NCBI GenBank assembly: GCA_031370005.1
Contig: JANMPT010000025.1
Span: 94,068 to 158,067, forward strand
Length of the DNA stretch: 64,000 bases
Reading direction: 5' to 3'
Source of the DNA: Bdellovibrionales bacterium
GTDB taxonomy: Bacteria; Bdellovibrionota; Bdellovibrionia; Bdellovibrionales; Bdellovibrionaceae
Under the pieces are notes generated by a model. The model had not been told where the DNA came from, did not search any database, and was given only the letters and a program-made list of their open reading frames with translations. Shown in pieces: positions 10,690-21,193 of the stretch. The stretch's first letter is position 1. The number at the start of each line of letters is the position of its first letter. The position numbers and the translations under genes were made by a program.

Positions 10690-11754
10690 CTACTGGCGGT
10701 TGTTTAAATTTCGCCAAGACTTTCCAATACGCTCTTTGGGGCTAATTTGAAACCTCTGAACCGCTTTGTTATGCCTGCCAAGATCTTCTGAAAACACCGT
10801 GGTGCCATCATTGCGACTTACGAAAAATAAATACGTCGTAGTTGCTGGCCTTAGCACTGCTAATAAAGACTCTTTTCCAGGATTAGATATGGGCCCTGGC
10901 GGAAGTGCGCTAATCACATAGGTATTATAGCGCGTTGGTTTTAGAATATCTTCTTTATGAATATTATTCGGCATGACTCCGGTGGTGTCCGCAATCCCAT
11001 AGAGAATTGTTGGATCCGTTTGTAACTTCATGTGTTTGCCCAGGCGATTATGAAAAACAGAGGCGATCAGGGGCCGGTCCCCTTTGGCTCCGGTTTCTTT
11101 TTCAACAATACTGGCAAGAGTAACAACTTGATTTCGACCCCAGCCTGGAAGGGCCTGACTTGCATCGAGGGTCTTGTAAACTGCGAGGAATCTTCTCACC
11201 ATGGAGCTTATTAGATCACGTGTGCTATCAAATTTTGTGATTTGATAGGTTTCAGGAAAAAGATATCCTTCAAGGCTTTCGACGGGCTCACCCAAAAGAT
11301 GTTGGGCAAGAGCTTTATCTTTCGCCGCTGCCAAAAACGCTGTTTTCGTACCAAATCCTTGTTGTTCATAGAGATCCGCGATCTCATAAATATTTAAGCC
11401 CTCAGCTATTGTGAAGGGCTTTGCAATGCTTTTTCCTGAGGTGATAACTGTGAGGACTTCCCTTGGCACCATGTTTGGCCGAAGACCGTACTCACCGCGC
11501 TTCATTTGTTGGCGTTGATTTGTGATCCGAGCGTATAGTGAAAACGCAAAGGCGTTTTTAACAAGACCCTTGGTTTCTAAATCCTTAGCCACGGCATTGA
11601 AGCTCTGGCCGGGCTTTACTTCATAGATCATCGTTCTGTTCTCTGAGCTTGGAGAGGTGCTTGTAAATTCATGCGCTAAGTAGCCGACAGTTGCTGCGAA
11701 GGCGACAAAAAGACTTCCAAATGCAATCAGACCAATTAAAGTCACTCGCTTCAT
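10690..11754 (-). CDS. mltG: Endolytic transglycosylase MltG
   Basis: LEGYLFPETY, LASIVEKE, LQTDPT and YNTY..LPPGPI motifs. Confidence 0.92.
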   Translation of the reverse strand: MKRVTLIGLIAFGSLFVAFAATVGYLAHEFTSTSPSSENRTMIYEVKPGQSFNAVAKDLETKGLVKNAFAFSLYARITNQRQQMKRGEYGLRPNMVPREVLTVITSGKSIAKPFTIAEGLNIYEIADLYEQQGFGTKTAFLAAAKDKALAQHLLGEPVESLEGYLFPETYQITKFDSTRDLISSMVRRFLAVYKTLDASQALPGWGRNQVVTLASIVEKETGAKGDRPLIASVFHNRLGKHMKLQTDPTILYGIADTTGVMPNNIHKEDILKPTRYNTYVISALPPGPISNPGKESLLAVLRPATTTYLFFVSRNDGTTVFSEDLGRHNKAVQRFQISPKERIGKSWRNLNNRQ

Positions 11755-13253
11755 AAGCCAATACCTGGAAGCATTTTTGTTTTATCAAAAGGTGTAGGAT
11801 CCTCAAGGCTTGCAACTGGGACCGTGCAGTATTGAATTGCATAATCGGCAGAAGGTCTATCATTGCCGGACTTACCCATGCCGCCAAATGGAAGGCGGGA
11901 ACTGGCTCCATTTGTTGTCCGATTCCAGTTGAGAAGCCCCACGCGGGCTTCAATCAGTGCTTCTTCATAAAGAGCTTTGTTTTTTGTAAAAAGAGCCATT
12001 ACTAAGCCATAGCCTGTTGAGTTCACAATATTTAAAGCCTGATTAAAGTCAGAGCTCTTATAGATTGCTACATTCGGCCCAAAGATTTCACTTTTTTGAT
12101 AAACGGAGTTTAGATCAAATTTATTTACCAAATGAATACTTGGTGTGACGTAATGACCTTTGTGTTTTAAATCCAAAGCCTTCCCACGCATCATAGACTC
12201 GCAGCCCTCGCGATTGGCGATTTCTTGAAAGCGAATGTATTTTTCAACTGCGGCCACATTGATCAAGGGACCCATAAATGGATTCTCACCCCAGTGGCCG
12301 ATACTTAGTTTTTTAGCCGCCTGATAGAACTTTTCGGTGAACTCGTCGGCGATCTTGTCATGTACAATAATTCGGCTCGTTCCGGAGCAGCGTTGACCCG
12401 TACTTAAATAAGCGCCAATTAAAGTTTCGTAAACGGCCTTGTCCATGTCGGCGTCATCCCAGACGACAGTCGCATTTTTACCGCCCATTTCTAAAGCCAA
12501 GATCTTCCAATAGTGATTCATGGTCTCTTGTTTTATTTTTAGACCGACCTCATATGAGCCCGTGAAAAGAACACCATCGACGTTTTCATTAGCCGCTAAA
12601 CGACGACCGGATTCGCCGTCGCCTTGAACTAAATTGAAAACGCCTGGTGGAAGCTCGGCTTTTTCAATCAATTGCGCCATAAACTGACCGACAGCTGGAG
12701 TCTGCTCTGACGGCTTAAAGACCACCGTGTTGCCGGCAATCAATGCGGGAATAAGGTGGCCGTTCGGCAAGTGCGCAGGAAAGTTAAAAGGGCCCAGAAT
12801 AGCCATTACACCACGGGCTTTATGACGAACAACCCCTTCGACTCCCGGAAGAGCATTTGGAATATGGGTTTCACTAACAAGTCTTAAGGAGTGATTGATG
12901 GTAATATCAATTTTATTGCCAAGGTTTTTTGCCTCAGTCAGAGAGTCCCATAAAGCTTTTCCTGTATCTCTAGAAATCATCTGGGCCATTTGGTCCGTGT
13001 GCGCATCAAAAACTTCTTTAATACGAAGAAGATAAGTTTTTCTTTGATCTAATGAAAGGCGTGCCCAAGAAGAAAAGGCTTTTTTAGCGGCCAGGCAGGC
13101 CTCGTCGACATGATCATACTTGAATTTCACTGACATGATTTGGTCATTCAAGTCGCCGGGGCTGACATCTTTAAATTCGCCATCTCCCTTTTCTACAGAT
13201 ACAAAATGGCCAGCAATAAAGTCCCCTTGATATTTAATCGGATAGATTTCCAT
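11751..13253 (-). CDS. astD: Succinylglutamate-semialdehyde dehydrogenase-like aldehyde dehydrogenase
   Basis: GPFNFPAHLPNGH, LEMGGKN and GQRC motifs; next to astA. Confidence 0.85.
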   Translation of the reverse strand: MEIYPIKYQGDFIAGHFVSVEKGDGEFKDVSPGDLNDQIMSVKFKYDHVDEACLAAKKAFSSWARLSLDQRKTYLLRIKEVFDAHTDQMAQMISRDTGKALWDSLTEAKNLGNKIDITINHSLRLVSETHIPNALPGVEGVVRHKARGVMAILGPFNFPAHLPNGHLIPALIAGNTVVFKPSEQTPAVGQFMAQLIEKAELPPGVFNLVQGDGESGRRLAANENVDGVLFTGSYEVGLKIKQETMNHYWKILALEMGGKNATVVWDDADMDKAVYETLIGAYLSTGQRCSGTSRIIVHDKIADEFTEKFYQAAKKLSIGHWGENPFMGPLINVAAVEKYIRFQEIANREGCESMMRGKALDLKHKGHYVTPSIHLVNKFDLNSVYQKSEIFGPNVAIYKSSDFNQALNIVNSTGYGLVMALFTKNKALYEEALIEARVGLLNWNRTTNGASSRLPFGGMGKSGNDRPSADYAIQYCTVPVASLEDPTPFDKTKMLPGIGL

Positions 13254-14290
13254 TATGTCTGCTCCTTTCTTTTTGTATAGCTAAGCGGCGAAATAAATAC
13301 ATGATCTCCGATTTCAGCATCCAGGGCCTCGCGTATTTTTCTTGGAATTGCCACTTCATTACCTCGAAGATCATAAGAAACCTGGGCCGCGCGGAAGGTA
13401 TCGCCATCTATCCCGAGCAAACCTTGTTCTTTAAAAGTTGGATCTTTAAAATCTTGTAATTTAGCACGTATTCCTAACTTAATTGGTAAAATATCTTCCA
13501 CATTGGCCCCGTAGTGAGGGCCGCCATCGAAGGGGTCGACCTCGTCAAGGTATTCAAAGCCAATGCTTTCTAATAGATGTTGAGCGGGCTTGGTGGCTTC
13601 GCCAACACGTCCCAAAACCAAACGGGCCTTTCCATCGAGAAGGCATAAATAAATATCATCTTTTGGGAAAAGACTTTCAATAAACTCTTTATGGCTTTGG
13701 CTAAGCATGTCGGCTTCCTGATATGGAAGGCCGGTAAAGCGGCGCCCTAAGGACTCCCAGAATTCACTGCGGCCTTCTTCTGTCAAGGGCGGCGTCAGCT
13801 CACAAAGCACACGGTCTTCAAATTTTTCAGGATAGAGTCCCATATAGGAAAATCGTGCCAGGCTGATTTGCTTTCCTAACTTTTCCGGACGACGACGATA
13901 AGCTTTATCAATTAACAGGCCACCGATTTCTGTTGGGCCATCGTTATCCAATTGAAAGCGCAAAACCTGATGGATAAATCCCACGCCTAAATCTTGGCTA
14001 AACATGTCCCGTTTCAAAATTTTAAAAAAACAATGGGGAGTTTCGTCGGAGCCATGCTTTGCAATCACTAAAGAACTTCCAACAATTAGCTTTTCTTCGA
14101 TGTTTTCTAAAACAAATAAATACTCGGCCTGATTTTTCGAAAGTTTTCCGGCAAAAGATTGTTCGCTGCGATCAATCTTTTGGCTGAGAACTTTACGATC
14201 GCCCGGAAGGTTTAATAAGGTGAACTGTTTTGCCAGATCGACTACCTGGGTTAGATCGTCGTGTTGGGCGGCTCTGATAATAAAACTCAT
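13253..14290 (-). CDS. astA: Arginine/ornithine N-succinyltransferase
   Basis: TEIGGL, FWESLGRRF and DPFDGGP motifs typical of AstA. Confidence 0.88.
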   Translation of the reverse strand: MSFIIRAAQHDDLTQVVDLAKQFTLLNLPGDRKVLSQKIDRSEQSFAGKLSKNQAEYLFVLENIEEKLIVGSSLVIAKHGSDETPHCFFKILKRDMFSQDLGVGFIHQVLRFQLDNDGPTEIGGLLIDKAYRRRPEKLGKQISLARFSYMGLYPEKFEDRVLCELTPPLTEEGRSEFWESLGRRFTGLPYQEADMLSQSHKEFIESLFPKDDIYLCLLDGKARLVLGRVGEATKPAQHLLESIGFEYLDEVDPFDGGPHYGANVEDILPIKLGIRAKLQDFKDPTFKEQGLLGIDGDTFRAAQVSYDLRGNEVAIPRKIREALDAEIGDHVFISPLSYTKRKEQT

Positions 14291-15633
14291 AAACAAAACC
14301 TTTCAATGACACGTTTATAGAAATCTACCGCTTTGTGCAGATCTTCAACTGCAACATGCTCAGTGGGAGTATGGGAGTTTCCCTCGCGCATTCCTGGGCC
14401 GAAACACAGACAGTCCATACCTATGCGAGAGAAAATACTTGCCTCATTCGTTGACGACTGAGTCGTTAAATCTTCTGGAAGCCCCATGCTACGAAGTTCA
14501 TCGCGGCAGCCTTTGACAAAATCAGAGGCCTCATTTGTTCGATATGGTTTTTTATAGTCCGTCACTCGAAACTGCGAGCTATTGGCTTCACAGATTTGTC
14601 GTAATTTTTCCATCCAAGACTCATATACTTCATTCGATATAATCGGCGGAATATGACATGAGCCGGCCATTAAAACATGATCTGGAAAGGTTCGGATTAG
14701 CCCAATATTTAAAGTCGGCTCCGGTGGATAAAAGTCTTTATCCAAATAGTTTCCAAGCTCTTTTTCAAGGGAAATAATAGACTCATAAATTTTCACGATT
14801 TTCGTAACAATAGGCTTTTCAGAATTGGAAACGATATCAATCTCCAGTAAAGCATGACTTGGCACGGAGTTGTAATTTACGCCACCATCGACTTCCATCA
14901 TGCTTACTGAATTCGGCAGTTGCTGCAAATACTGTAAAAGCTTAATAACGGCATTGTCACCCAAATGCGGAGCTGAGGAATGCGCAGCTTTTCCAACAAA
15001 GAGCTTACTTTGAGTTGAGGCGCTTTCAAGGAGATTGTGTTCTTGGCGATAGGCCATTTCTTCAGCGGAAAATGGAATGCGGATCTCTACGGCGGCGAAG
15101 CCCTTTGCTGCACTGATTAGTTTTAAATTGCTGGGCTCCCCGATCAAGGCAATCTTTGCTGAAATTTTATTTTTTCGGATAAGCCGGAGGGCCCCTTGCA
15201 TTCCCAGCTCCCCACCATAGGTTCCCACCAATACTGGCGAAAGCTTCCACTTTCTGCCTGTTCCAAACGAAGAGAGTGCCTCGAGTTTGCAGAGAAAATC
15301 CAATTTCACATTGGCCGTACCCAGGCCATAAATTTTTCCATCAATGATAGTGGCATCAAAAGGATTGCATTCCGTGTGCGTCCAAAGTGGAAAGGGATCG
15401 GGGTCGACCGTGTCTAAATGGGTTTGCAATAAGAATTCTAGCGAAGACGCTTCGGTTTGCGGGCGGGCAACCACATTCACGTGCTCTACATCACGCACGA
15501 AATCGCTCTGTAATTCGACATGCAGGCCGTGATCCTGACAAAGCACAGCTGCATACTCGGCAACTTCTTTGTTGCCATGAGCAGGGGTGCTGTCGATGGA
15601 AATAAATTTACGGCAAGCCTCAATAAAGTTCAA
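14287..15633 (-). CDS. M20 family deacylase/desuccinylase (ArgE/DapE-like) with a non-canonical active site
   Basis: HLDTV, IGEP, GKAAHSS and SHTPTEH motifs; TTG start. Confidence 0.8.
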   Translation of the reverse strand: MNFIEACRKFISIDSTPAHGNKEVAEYAAVLCQDHGLHVELQSDFVRDVEHVNVVARPQTEASSLEFLLQTHLDTVDPDPFPLWTHTECNPFDATIIDGKIYGLGTANVKLDFLCKLEALSSFGTGRKWKLSPVLVGTYGGELGMQGALRLIRKNKISAKIALIGEPSNLKLISAAKGFAAVEIRIPFSAEEMAYRQEHNLLESASTQSKLFVGKAAHSSAPHLGDNAVIKLLQYLQQLPNSVSMMEVDGGVNYNSVPSHALLEIDIVSNSEKPIVTKIVKIYESIISLEKELGNYLDKDFYPPEPTLNIGLIRTFPDHVLMAGSCHIPPIISNEVYESWMEKLRQICEANSSQFRVTDYKKPYRTNEASDFVKGCRDELRSMGLPEDLTTQSSTNEASIFSRIGMDCLCFGPGMREGNSHTPTEHVAVEDLHKAVDFYKRVIERFCL

Positions 15634-15643
15634 TCAGGCTCCC

Positions 15644-17020
15644 TTAAATGCCTTCAAGGATAGTTTTTTCGACAATCTTAATCGCAAGATCAATTTCTTC
15701 GTCTTTGATGATCGCAGGAACAAGAAAGCGTATACGCACGGGATCTTTGCCGCAGGTAAAGCAGATCAAGCCGTTATTGAATAATTTCTTAGTCAAAGAG
15801 TCCACTTGTTCCTTTTTTCCATCAAATGGTGTAAAGGCAATCATTAACCCCATGCCGCCAGCATCTTGAACTTTCCCTTTGCAAGTCGTCGCGCCAAGTT
15901 CATTTAATTTAGATATAAAATACCGGTGAATTTGCATTATGCGCCCCTCAGCGCCCAAAAAACCTTCTTGTAACATATCCAAAATTTCCGAACCTACGCT
16001 CAAAGAAACCGAGGAGCCCGAAAAGGTTCCCGCGATCAAACCTGGTTTGGGATTATATTCTTCAGTATAGAGAGTAGCACCGACTTGTGCTGTTTTTGCA
16101 ATGGTACAGATGTCGATGTATTGGCCAAGGGCCAGGGTTTCAAAAGCAAAGAGCTCTCCGGTGCGAGTGAAGGTTTGCACTTCATCCGCCCAAACAGCAA
16201 TGCCTTGGGATTTACAGAACTCTAGAAGTGGAACAAAGAATTCCCGTGGCGCGGCTTGATAGCCCCCTTCGCCAAGCATCGGCTCAAATGCGAAAGCTGA
16301 AATGTTCTTTGTATGCTTCGCGACGTGCTCTTTAAGTGCACTCAAGGCTTTTTCCCCACTTTTTGGATCGCGTTTATCATAAAATGGAACGCGTAAAACC
16401 TCATTATACTCAGGTAAGCCTACCTTGTATGCGGGGTTATCCGTGACTTCCGCCATCATCGTGGAGCGTCCGGCAAAAGCATTTTGAAAACTTAGCACAA
16501 AGCGAGCCGGGCTATTTTTCTGACGGGAAATTTTCAAAGCGTTTTCATTGGCCATTGTTCCGCAGGTTGAAAGCCATGCATATTTCAAACGACTGTTTTT
16601 ACCAGCAAGCTTTACTAGTTTTTCAGTGAGTTGTTGGTATTCTCTGTTCGGCTGCAGGTTCCCTTGGGTTACAATATCAGAAAGGGCACCGCGAACGGCC
16701 GCCTTCATTATACGAGGATGACTGTGTCCCATTAGGTGAATGCCAATGCCGTTAATTAGATCAAGCTTGATACTTCCATCTTCAAGTTCTACGAAAGGGC
16801 CACGGCCGGCACCGGTTCCTACATAAGCATAATGCAAGGGTCGACCTCGGAATTGTCCTGTTTTGTCAACCCAGCCTTTACCTATATCCATAAACTCTGG
16901 TTGAGCTGCCTGAACAGATTTAACTTGGCCGTTAATAGCTGTAACCTCTTGAACTAATTCCGTAATTAAGTCCTCTATTTTTGAGGATTGATCAATTTTT
17001 TGGCCTACGAGAGAATTCAT
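15644..17020 (-). CDS. Class III PLP aminotransferase (AstC/ArgD/lysine-aminotransferase-like)
   Basis: AFAGRS, EPMLGEGG, ADEVQT and TIAK motifs. Confidence 0.85.
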   Translation of the reverse strand: MNSLVGQKIDQSSKIEDLITELVQEVTAINGQVKSVQAAQPEFMDIGKGWVDKTGQFRGRPLHYAYVGTGAGRGPFVELEDGSIKLDLINGIGIHLMGHSHPRIMKAAVRGALSDIVTQGNLQPNREYQQLTEKLVKLAGKNSRLKYAWLSTCGTMANENALKISRQKNSPARFVLSFQNAFAGRSTMMAEVTDNPAYKVGLPEYNEVLRVPFYDKRDPKSGEKALSALKEHVAKHTKNISAFAFEPMLGEGGYQAAPREFFVPLLEFCKSQGIAVWADEVQTFTRTGELFAFETLALGQYIDICTIAKTAQVGATLYTEEYNPKPGLIAGTFSGSSVSLSVGSEILDMLQEGFLGAEGRIMQIHRYFISKLNELGATTCKGKVQDAGGMGLMIAFTPFDGKKEQVDSLTKKLFNNGLICFTCGKDPVRIRFLVPAIIKDEEIDLAIKIVEKTILEGI

Positions 17021-17077
17021 ATCTAACCTTCCATTGGTAATTGACTGATTTTCGCAGTTTAGTACAATTTATTAATC

Positions 17078-17944
17078 ATGTCTTGGTTATTAAAAGTCTT
17101 CTCCATATTCCTATGCTTCGCTTCACTGGTTCACGCAGAACCGCTGGTGACGATGCCGACTACGGCCGAAAGCCCAGAGATTCACCAGAATAATGCTTTG
17201 GTTCCTGTCGAGAAGTTAAGCTTCGAGGAGTATTTTGGTCGTGGCACAAAGAGTTATCAGGACAAGAAGTTCGAAAACGCGATATTTAATTTTGAAAAGG
17301 CTCTAGAACTTCACCCTGAAAGTGTCACTGTCCTTACGGATTTAGGGCTCAGTTATTTTCAGATTCAAAAAAAGGGCTTGTCGATTGCCATGTTCCGTCG
17401 AGCACTTTACCTGGATCCATCCCAAACAGTGGCGGAAGCCGCATTGCGGTTCGTTCTATCGCAGCTTGAGATAAAAGAGATTCCCCACCAAATAGAAACC
17501 TACGAGCGCCTTCGCTCCTCAGTTTTGAATGCAGTTTCTGTTAATAGCTTCCAGCTTTTAACTGTACTCTTGCTTTTTACAAGCGGCTTTATTTGGCTGC
17601 GCCATTTGGGGCGTCGTCGCAAAGCGTTTGAGCTTGAGCTCTCTCCACCAAGTGCTCCGCTTATTGGTTGGCTGCTGCCAATTGCCCTGGCTTTATCATT
17701 TTTTGCCACCATTTTGAAGATTTATGACCTTTCAGTCCCGCGAGCGACGATTATTGCTGATAAAGTAAGCGCCCAAACGGCCCCAGGGGACGGTCAAAGT
17801 GGCCTTTTTGAACTCTATGCCGGCTTTGAGGTCATTGTAAGAAACGCCTCAAATGATTGGATTCAGGTCAGCTACCCAGGCGGCCTTACTGGTTGGGTCA
17901 AAAAAGACAGCCTCATGAGCACTTCTAGCAAAAATGCCTTTTGA
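17078..17944 (+). CDS. BatE-like TPR + TM + SH3b protein
   Basis: Signal peptide, TPR repeats, two TM helices, C-terminal WIQV..GLTGWV SH3-like segment. Confidence 0.7.
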   Translation: MSWLLKVFSIFLCFASLVHAEPLVTMPTTAESPEIHQNNALVPVEKLSFEEYFGRGTKSYQDKKFENAIFNFEKALELHPESVTVLTDLGLSYFQIQKKGLSIAMFRRALYLDPSQTVAEAALRFVLSQLEIKEIPHQIETYERLRSSVLNAVSVNSFQLLTVLLLFTSGFIWLRHLGRRRKAFELELSPPSAPLIGWLLPIALALSFFATILKIYDLSVPRATIIADKVSAQTAPGDGQSGLFELYAGFEVIVRNASNDWIQVSYPGGLTGWVKKDSLMSTSSKNAF

Positions 17945-17978
17945 CTCGACCAAAGGCCCCTAGTTAAACTGCAGGTCT

Positions 17979-18731
17979 ATGTTTCAAACACTTAAATCAC
18001 TTTCATTTTTATATATTATTCCAGCGGTGTTTTTAAGCCTAATGGCTTGCTCAACCATGGACAAAAAAAGCGACACTCCTGATGGAGCCTTTTCAATTGC
18101 TGAAGAGTTCGATAAGGATGAGCGCTATGAAGAGGCTATTCGCCGTTACACGGAAGTAAAAAATAAATTTCCATACAGCAAGTTTGCAACAAAAGCAGAG
18201 CTCGCTATTGCTGATGTCTATTACAAACAAGAGTCTTATCCTGAGGCGCAGGTAAGCTATCAGGCGTTCCGTGAGCTTCACCCAAAGCATCCGCAAATTG
18301 ATTACGTCCTTTTTCGTATTGGAATGAGTTACTACAACCAACTGCCTTCAAGTCTTGATCGCGATCTCAGTGTTGCACAAGATGTTGTAACGAGCTTTGA
18401 TGATTTGATGAAGCGCTTTCCGAACTCCCAATATATCAATGAGGCCGCTGAAAAAAAACTTGCAACTTTAAAGATGCTTGCTGGCAAAGAAGAATACATT
18501 GCTAACTTTTATTTTAAACGCGAGATGTTTGACAGCGCACTGTCACGCTATGAATTGATCATTTCTAAGTATCAAAAACTTGGTTTTGACGAAACGGCTT
18601 ACTATGGCGCGGCTGTCTCCGCGAGCAAGATTGGTGACGCCTTCAAGGCGAATAAATATCTCTCTGAGCTTGTGGCAAAATATCCGAAATCTGCTGAAGC
18701 GGAACGCGCAAAAAAGGAAGTCAAACTATGA
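17979..18731 (+). CDS. bamD: Outer membrane protein assembly lipoprotein BamD
   Basis: Lipobox LMAC, TPR repeats, FPYS, HPKHP..DY, DRD and IANFY motifs. Confidence 0.88.
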   Translation: MFQTLKSLSFLYIIPAVFLSLMACSTMDKKSDTPDGAFSIAEEFDKDERYEEAIRRYTEVKNKFPYSKFATKAELAIADVYYKQESYPEAQVSYQAFRELHPKHPQIDYVLFRIGMSYYNQLPSSLDRDLSVAQDVVTSFDDLMKRFPNSQYINEAAEKKLATLKMLAGKEEYIANFYFKREMFDSALSRYELIISKYQKLGFDETAYYGAAVSASKIGDAFKANKYLSELVAKYPKSAEAERAKKEVKL

Positions 18732-19450
18732 AATCATTGAATGATGACATGCTTTCAAGTGCGCGGGAATCCTTTGTCGATGGCAACTACAAAATGGCAG
18801 AGCCTATTTTACAGCAAATGCTTTTACAAAACACACGTAATCCTGAAGTCTATCAAATGTTAGCGACCATCTATTATGACAAGGGCCAATTCAGTAAAGC
18901 GATTAAGACTTTTAAACGCGCACTAGAAATTGATCCTGCCTATACAGATGCGAGTGTCGGACTTTCTATTATACTAAACGACCTTGGTAAGTATGACGAG
19001 GGCAAGCAAGTTTTCGTGGAGGCCCAGGCTCAGCTAGAAAAGAAAACTGGAAAGAACGATCCTTTCATTGATGAAAAACTTTCCTCGAAGCACGAGGAGC
19101 TCGCCGACCTCTATTTTCAATACAAAAGGTATTCCGAAGCCCTTGATCAGCTTTTGAAGGCGCAAGCGCTGTCCACTCGCAAAGCTGAGATCACCATGCG
19201 CATTGCAGAGGTCTATGTTCAAGTCGGCCAATTCGAGCGTGCAATTAAAGACCTTCGGGCCTTGATTCGTGAGTATCCCCACTTTACTCCAGCTCGGCTA
19301 AAGCTCGGAGTTATCTACTACAACTCAAACGATATTGCTGAGGCAACGGAGCAGTGGGAGAATATCTTGATGCGAGACCCACAACACCCCGAGGCTTTAC
19401 GTTATTTAAAAATGGCACAGGCAGTCGGCATTACTTCCATCGAACTATAA
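18728..19450 (+). CDS. Tetratricopeptide repeat protein
   Basis: Multiple TPR repeats; ATGA overlap with bamD. Confidence 0.85.
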   Translation: MKSLNDDMLSSARESFVDGNYKMAEPILQQMLLQNTRNPEVYQMLATIYYDKGQFSKAIKTFKRALEIDPAYTDASVGLSIILNDLGKYDEGKQVFVEAQAQLEKKTGKNDPFIDEKLSSKHEELADLYFQYKRYSEALDQLLKAQALSTRKAEITMRIAEVYVQVGQFERAIKDLRALIREYPHFTPARLKLGVIYYNSNDIAEATEQWENILMRDPQHPEALRYLKMAQAVGITSIEL

Positions 19451-19462
19451 AGGCAGCAAATT

Positions 19463-19981
19463 ATGGGACAAATTAAAAACGAAATGGTTCCCTTCATCAC
19501 TCGATCCGAAATTGACGAGCTTGTAGACCAACTTGCAAAGCAAATCGAGTACGATTATGAAGGCAAAGAAATTATCTTTATCTGTCCGCTTCGCGGTTCG
19601 TTGCATTTGACCGCTGATTTAATGAGGAAAATCGATCTTCCTCAGCAGGTAGATTTCGTTTATGTAAAAGCTGTTGAAAAGGGTGGGACAATCAAGATTG
19701 TGAAGGACATTTCTCTGAATATCGCTGGGAAACATGTGATTATCGTGGAAGAGATCATTGATACAGGCCGTACTTTGAGTTTTTTGCGAAATCGATTGTT
19801 CGCCTCGGTTCCGGCTTCTTTGAAAATAGTCACTCTTTTAGATAAGCCCGCACGTCGTGAGCTACCTATTAAAGCCGATTATATTGGTAAAACTATTGAT
19901 GACCGTTACGTCGTGGGATACGGAATGGATACAGATGAAATAGGGCGTAATTATCCGGACATTTACCATCTCAAGAACTAA
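19463..19981 (+). CDS. hpt: Hypoxanthine phosphoribosyltransferase
   Basis: VIIVEEIIDTGRTL, LLDKP and VVGYGMD motifs. Confidence 0.85.
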   Translation: MGQIKNEMVPFITRSEIDELVDQLAKQIEYDYEGKEIIFICPLRGSLHLTADLMRKIDLPQQVDFVYVKAVEKGGTIKIVKDISLNIAGKHVIIVEEIIDTGRTLSFLRNRLFASVPASLKIVTLLDKPARRELPIKADYIGKTIDDRYVVGYGMDTDEIGRNYPDIYHLKN

Positions 19982-20011
19982 AAGTCCATTTTTCGCAAAT
20001 GAGAGTACTGA

Positions 20012-20086
20012 CTAGCTAACAGCAACATTTACTAAAAACAAAGCAATGACACAGACAACGTAAAGTATGATGAGTTGCTTAGACAT
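20012..20086 (-). CDS. Putative 24-aa single-TM small protein (MSKQLIILYVVCVIALFLVNVAVS)
   Basis: Read manually; GGAGGAG RBS at 20098-20104; hydrophobic helix. Confidence 0.4.
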   Translation of the reverse strand: MSKQLIILYVVCVIALFLVNVAVS

Positions 20087-20236
20087 TTATTTACGATCTC
20101 CTCCGGCCTGACTAAATTGGCTTAAATAAATATCTGATTATTCTAGCGCGACTTTCTTTTACCGTCAATGGTCTGTATTTGAAAGCACAGTCTGGTTGCA
20201 ATTGATTATTTTCTCCTGTGGACTATATTTCTAAAT

Positions 20237-20959
20237 ATGCGCTCAGTGACCTCTGCATTCCTTATTTTTATCTTTTCGTTATTCTCATGGGGACGTGAAG
20301 CCAAACCTATTGCGCTTATTTATCAAGGGCCTGGTACGTGTAAAGGATGTTCTGAAGCTGTCGGGGATATATTTAAAACAATGGGCTTAAGCTTTGCTTA
20401 CATTAAGCCTGGAGAATTAAGTCCAGAAAATTTTAAAAAATCTTGGATTTATGTTCAACCTGGCGGGACAGATCGTATTGAAGATACTCTGGAGGCTCTT
20501 TCAAAAAATGAAATTCAAAACCTTAAAAATTTCGTAGGCGATGGCGGGCGCTTCCTGGGGATTTGTGCCGGAGGCTATTTAGCTGGTGCCTGGACAGATA
20601 CGACTAAGAAAAGGGCGGCGTTTGGCTTAATTCCAAGCATTGTTGAGGAAGAATCAAAAGACTCAAAAGCAAAGCTAGAGCCTATTATTTGGAGAGGCGT
20701 TAGTTATTGGGTCTATTTTCAAGGCGGCCCGCAATTTAAAATGAATGAAATTCCAAGGGCTGAGTCGTGGGCAGTCTATAAAAACACAGGGCATTCAGCG
20801 GGCCTAATTACTCAATTTAAAAAGGGATTTGTGGGGCTACTCGGACCACATTTTGAAGCCCAAGAGGACTGGTATAAAGACGATCAACTTAATTCCCCGG
20901 ATGGATACCATACTGATTTGGCCAGGGAGTTTATAGAGGCCCTGCACTCGAAACAATAG
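20237..20959 (+). CDS. Secreted BPL_N (class I glutamine amidotransferase-like) domain protein
   Basis: QPGG, FLGICAGGY and GPHFE motifs; signal peptide. Confidence 0.8.
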   Translation: MRSVTSAFLIFIFSLFSWGREAKPIALIYQGPGTCKGCSEAVGDIFKTMGLSFAYIKPGELSPENFKKSWIYVQPGGTDRIEDTLEALSKNEIQNLKNFVGDGGRFLGICAGGYLAGAWTDTTKKRAAFGLIPSIVEEESKDSKAKLEPIIWRGVSYWVYFQGGPQFKMNEIPRAESWAVYKNTGHSAGLITQFKKGFVGLLGPHFEAQEDWYKDDQLNSPDGYHTDLAREFIEALHSKQ

Positions 20960-21193
20960 AGGATGCTCCGAGCGCTCCATTTATTGAATAGTGATCCCTA
21001 GCATTATGTATTTAAAACTAGAGCCTAGAACTGTCTTATCTATGTTGTTATGTTATATTTATTCGAGGGGTATATATGACTAGTGGGATTTATGCCGCGT
21101 AGCTTAGAGGCTTAGTTATCTCGCCTCAAATCTGACATTGAATCTCTATGAGAACGAAATTTTTAAAGCATAGAATTTTTTTAAGGGAGATTT

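Noticed and set aside
20960..21193. Possible purine riboswitch or 8-aa leader peptide (MTSGIYAA, 21076-21102) upstream of guanine deaminase
   Set aside because: The purine riboswitch core motifs are absent; the mini-ORF has no attenuator structure that I can support
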